DNA of 64,000 nt from Lepidodermella squamata (Eukaryota; Animalia; Gastrotricha). The DNA lies in contig JBLDXI010000011.1 in the NCBI GenBank assembly GCA_047495785.1, positions 806,001 through 870,000 of the forward strand, written 5' to 3'. The notes beneath the pieces were generated by a model. That model was not told the origin of the DNA. It worked only from the letters and a program-made list of their open reading frames with translations, and did no database searches. Made by a program: the position numbers and the translations under genes. This document shows positions 59,310 through 64,000 of this stretch, one piece after another. Numbering within the stretch: the first letter of the stretch is position 1; every line of letters begins with the position of its first letter.

Positions 59310-60188
59310 ATGGCCGTTCTCTTTGCGTTGCTTGCCGCCGCCGCCCTGTTTACCAGTTGTTTAGGCTGTCCAGCATCAACAACTACAACGCCTTGTCCGA
59401 CTACTGCATCCGGATCAACAACATGCTCTTCTGGTAGCACTTGTGTTTCGTCAAGCAATGTTTGCAGTGACACCACAAAAACATGCCAGACATCGGTAAA
59501 TTCCCACCCGCTGTAATAATAAAACAAGCCACAACTTCTCATGCAGGGCTCATTCCAACTCTGCACTGGTACATCCACTGGTGGCTCTGGTATCAGTGGA
59601 GTAGCCCTCAAGGTGTGCATTTCAACCGCTGTTGCTTGCACAAGCGCCTTCGGTAGCGGCATTACTGTATGTTTCTAAATAAATGCCAATTCAATTGTCT
59701 TATTCAACTTGATGTAGCAACAAACCACAACCCCAAATGCCTACGACACGTTCTCTGCATGCTGCAATGCTGCTTCCAGCAATACAGCAGCGAACCTGAA
59801 ATACGAATACATCCCGGCTCTAGGAACCGGAAATCCAGCGTTAATATGCTACGTCATGACGTCTGACACGCTGCCATACAAAATCGCCACTCCAGCGTCG
59901 CCGGCTAACACGAAAAAAGGTTACTGCACTCGCTTCCCATACACATCTTCCGGCACGGACGCACTTGCCTCGAGCGCTGATTTGGTTTGTTAACGCGAAA
60001 TTGTAACGTGCTTGTATAAATGGGACTTTTTTCAGAAACTCGCTTCCTCCCCGTTCGCTTACGCCAGTTTTACCTTGTGTTGCACCAGCGTGTTTGGTGG
60101 CACCCCGGCAGGTACCAACGCATGGGGCCCGGCTGTTTCTGCCTATGGTCTTAGCTTTGAATCATGTGCCACAACATCACCGACATAA
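59310..60188 (+). CDS. Secreted Cys/Thr/Ser-rich protein, copy 5
   Basis: Same structure as copy 1. Confidence 0.87.
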
Positions 60189-61822
60189 AAATGGCGACAG
60201 CTCAAACACCCTTGTTTTGCTGGCTTTGAACAACCTGCAAGAAGAACTGTTAATTTTGTTCATAATTCCTTGGCAAAAAAAAACAGTAAGTCTGAGCCAA
60301 CAAAATGAGAGTTTATTGCTTGATCGTTGCAATGGTTTTCTACATCTGATTACTGTTTCCATTCACGTTGATGGCATTCAAGAGTTGAATAAAAATTATA
60401 ATCGGAAAATATATGATTCTTTGTACACAAAGATATTCTGCCGGTGCCTAAATTTGTAATTATCCGGCTTTGACTAAGGTACCGTTTGGCCCCAACTCGC
60501 TGGCTACGCCACTACCAACTCGCGCAGTAGTTCAAACATTAACATTCGGTAAAAATAAGATTCCCTTTTGGGATTCCTAGAATTTTCGATTCTATCTTTC
60601 TTGTCATAGAACGCGTGCATAACTCTTATTTACATCTCCAATTCACTTGGAACACGTGCCATAATTTGTGCGCATGAATTCCCATTGACATTTCTGATTC
60701 CTGATATTCATCAACACATAGCAAAAGGAAACCTGTATACAACCCAGGTTAGTCTTTACTATATCTGTCAATTCACAGATTTCAAACCCTATTCGGCAAC
60801 ATCAATAATGACAAAAATGGCGAGATGTAGTTACCGCTCGGTAACAAATACGTTAAAGTGTTAGCTTCTGCTTCTCAGGAATGTCTTAGCTGGACGGTAA
60901 AAAGTTGAACTGATGAGTTGTCAAATGTTATTACTCGATCTGAAATCCAACAGCATGCTGATGATATTACCACTTATTTTGCAAGCCAGATCATCAATGA
61001 GCTTAAATCTGTCGTACAACGTGAAATGAATAGGGTTTGTCATTGGCTTCAATGCAACTCGCTAGCTGTGAACGGGAAAAACATCGCAATTTATACCGCT
61101 CAACACATCGCTAAACCCACCGCGTTTAATTTCTCGATTACAATCAACGGCACTGTTGTTCCGTCCACCGAAATCATGTCGACTCTCGGCTTCACCATCG
61201 ACAATAAACTTACGCTCAAACAACCTATCAAAGGCGCGGAAAGGCCTGTTCGCGCTAAACAAGCAGTAAAATAGCTATTTTGATGGCTAGCGGCCTGATC
61301 TTCAGCCATGTCAGTTACTGACTCAATGACCCGACTTTAGGACAGGCAACACGGACAACGTTGCATCGGCTCCGATCAACTCAAGATCGCTCCGAGACTA
61401 TGAAGTTTGAACTGTGCTGCAGTTATGTGTTTTCTTTCAATTTTCAACTACGTCGGGGTGCCCTCTCTTGGTTGTTGTAGCTCCTAAACAAATGAAAAAA
61501 ATATCAGATAGTCCCTTATGCCATGACGGCTACGTAATATGGACTTTTCTTTTCAAGGATTTTGAACAAGAGAAGTAACGAACGTCCAAAAGACGTTTTT
61601 CATTCAGTTGAATGCAACGTCTTCAAAGTAATGTTAGAGTTAAGTGGGTTAGACTCTACTTGACAAGGTGGTCAAGTATGTCCGATCATAGGAGAAGCCT
61701 TGCTCGATTGGTGAAACCTTATCGGACAGCGTATAGATTCGAGGTCTGCGGCGACTGGAGAATTCAAAAAAAGGCCGGCATTCGAGATTTATCTTATTAG
61801 TTCCCATTTTTTTTATCTCAAC

Positions 61823-62701
61823 ATGGCCGTTCTCTTTGCGTTGCTTGCCGCCGCCGCCCTGTTTACCAGTTGTTTAGGCTGTCCAGCATCAACAACTACA
61901 ACGCCTTGTCCGACTACTGCATCCGGATCAACAACATGCTCTTCTGGTAGCACTTGTGTTTCGTCAAGCAATGTTTGCAGTGACACCACAAAAACATGCC
62001 AGACATCGGTAAATTCCCACCCGCTGTAATAATAAAACAAGCCACAACTTCTCATGCAGGGCTCATTCCAACTCTGCACTGGTACATCCACTGGTGGCTC
62101 TGGTATCAGTGGAGTAGCCCTCAAGGTGTGCATTTCAACCGCTGTTGCTTGCACAAGCGCCTTCGGTAGCGGCATTACTGTATGTTTCTAAATAAATGCC
62201 AATTCAATTGTCTTATTCAACTTGATGTAGCAACAAACCACAACCCCAAATGCCTACGACACGTTCTCTGCATGCTGCAATGCTGCTTCCAGCAATACAG
62301 CAGCGAACCTGAAATACGAATACATCCCGGCTCTAGGAACCGGAAATCCAGCGTTAATATGCTACGTCATGACGTCTGACACGCTGCCATACAAAATCGC
62401 CACTCCAGCGTCGCCGGCTAACACGAAAAAAGGTTACTGCACTCGCTTCCCATACACATCTTCCGGCACGGACGCACTTGCCTCGAGCGCTGATTTGGTT
62501 TGTTAACGCGAAATTGTAACGTGCTTGTATAAATGGGACTTTTTTCAGAAACTCGCTTCCTCCCCGTTCGCTTACGCCAGTTTTACCTTGTGTTGCACCA
62601 GCGTGTTTGGTGGCACCCCGGCAGGTACCAACGCATGGGGCCCGGCTGTTTCTGCCTATGGTCTTAGCTTTGAATCATGTGCCACAACATCACCGACATA
62701 A
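61823..62701 (+). CDS. Secreted Cys/Thr/Ser-rich protein, copy 6
   Basis: Same structure as copy 1. Confidence 0.87.
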
Positions 62702-64000
62702 AAATGGCGACAGCTCAAACACCCTTGTTTTGCTGGCTTTGAACAACCTGCAAGAAGAACTGTTAATTTTGTTCATAATTCCTTGGCAAAAAAAAAACAG
62801 TAAGTCTGAGCCAACAAAATGAGAGTTTATTGCTTGATCGTTGCAATGGTTTTCTACATCTGATTACTGTTTCCATTCACGTTGATGGCATTCAAGAGTT
62901 GAATAAAAATTATAATCGGAAAATATATGATTCTTTGTACACAAAGATATTCTGCCGGTGCCTAAATTTGTAATTATCCGGCTTTGACTAAGGTACCGTT
63001 TGGCCCCAACTCGCTGGCTACGCCACTACCAACTCGCGCAGTAGTTCAAACATTAACATTCGGTAAAAATAAGATTCCCTTTTGGGATTCCTAGAATTTT
63101 CGATTCTATCTTTCTTGTCATAGAACGCGTGCATAACTCTTATTTACATCTCCAATTCACTTGGAACACGTGCCATAATTTGTGCGCATGAATTCCCATT
63201 GACATTTCTGATTCCTGATATTCATCAACACATAGCAAAAGGAAACCTGTATACAACCCAGGTTAGTCTTTACTATATCTGTCAATTCACAGATTTCAAA
63301 CCCTATTCGGCAACATCAATAATGACAAAAATGGCGAGATGTAGTTACCGCTCGGTAACAAATACGTTAAAGTGTTAGCTTCTGCTTCTCAGGAATGTCT
63401 TAGCTGGACGGTAAAAAGTTGAACTGATGAGTTGTCAAATGTTATTACTCGATCTGAAATCCAACAGCATGCTGATGATATTACCACTTATTTTGCAAGC
63501 CAGATCATCAATGAGCTTAAATCTGTCGTACAACGTGAAATGAATAGGGTTTGTCATTGGCTTCAATGCAACTCGCTAGCTGTGAACGGGAAAAACATCG
63601 CAATTTATACCGCTCAACACATCGCTAAACCCACCGCGTTTAATTTCTCGATTACAATCAACGGCACTGTTGTTCCGTCCACCGAAATCATGTCGACTCT
63701 CGGCTTCACCATCGACAATAAACTTACGCTCAAACAACCTATCAAAGGCGCGGAAAGGCCTGTTCGCGCTAAACAAGCAGTAAAATAGCTATTTTGATGG
63801 CTAGCGGCCTGATCTTCAGCCATGTCAGTTACTGACTCAATGACCCGACTTTAGGACAGGCAACACGGACAACGTTGCATCGGCTCCGATCAACTCAAGA
63901 TCGCTCCGAGACTATGAAGTTTGAACTGTGCTGCAGTTATGTGTTTTCTTTCAATTTTCAACTACGTCGGGGTGCCCTCTCTTGGTTGTTGTAGCTCCTA

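Larger units (their letters stand above)
26386..64000 (+). repeat. Tandem array of a ~2,514-bp host unit (6 full gene copies plus a partial unit), interrupted by two insertions
   Basis: Near-identical ORFs recur at 26898, 48235, 53377, 55891, 58405, 60918 and 63432 (uninterrupted spacing 2513-2514). Confidence 0.97.

Overview
Eukaryotic genomic window, probably an invertebrate with short 50-65 bp introns, dominated by mobile DNA. (1) 1-~13.7 kb: a Polinton/Maverick whose left part lies outside the window. pPolB is on +, and an integrase-TM-minor capsid-core-major capsid-protease-ATPase cassette is on -. (2) ~13.8-26.3 kb: a nest of MITEs, a LINE remnant and a dead Ginger-like integrase. (3) From ~26.39 kb to the end: a tandem array of a ~2,514-bp host unit carrying a 4-exon secreted Cys/Thr/Ser-rich protein gene. 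(4) Inside the array sits a second, complete and apparently intact 18,818-bp Polinton (29037-47854) with perfect 74-bp TIRs, a 6-bp TSD (ATTAAC) and empty sites in neighbouring units. The strongest candidate for a novel system is this element. Its viral core genes are split by spliceosomal introns (about 24, 15 of them in pPolB, one inside the catalytic Asp codon). It also carries its own TATA-binding protein, a PC4-like protein and an F-box/ankyrin protein, and its ends contain clustered E2F- and CSL-type motifs. Exon structures were derived by hand from GT-AG sites that restore conserved motifs; no database search was run.
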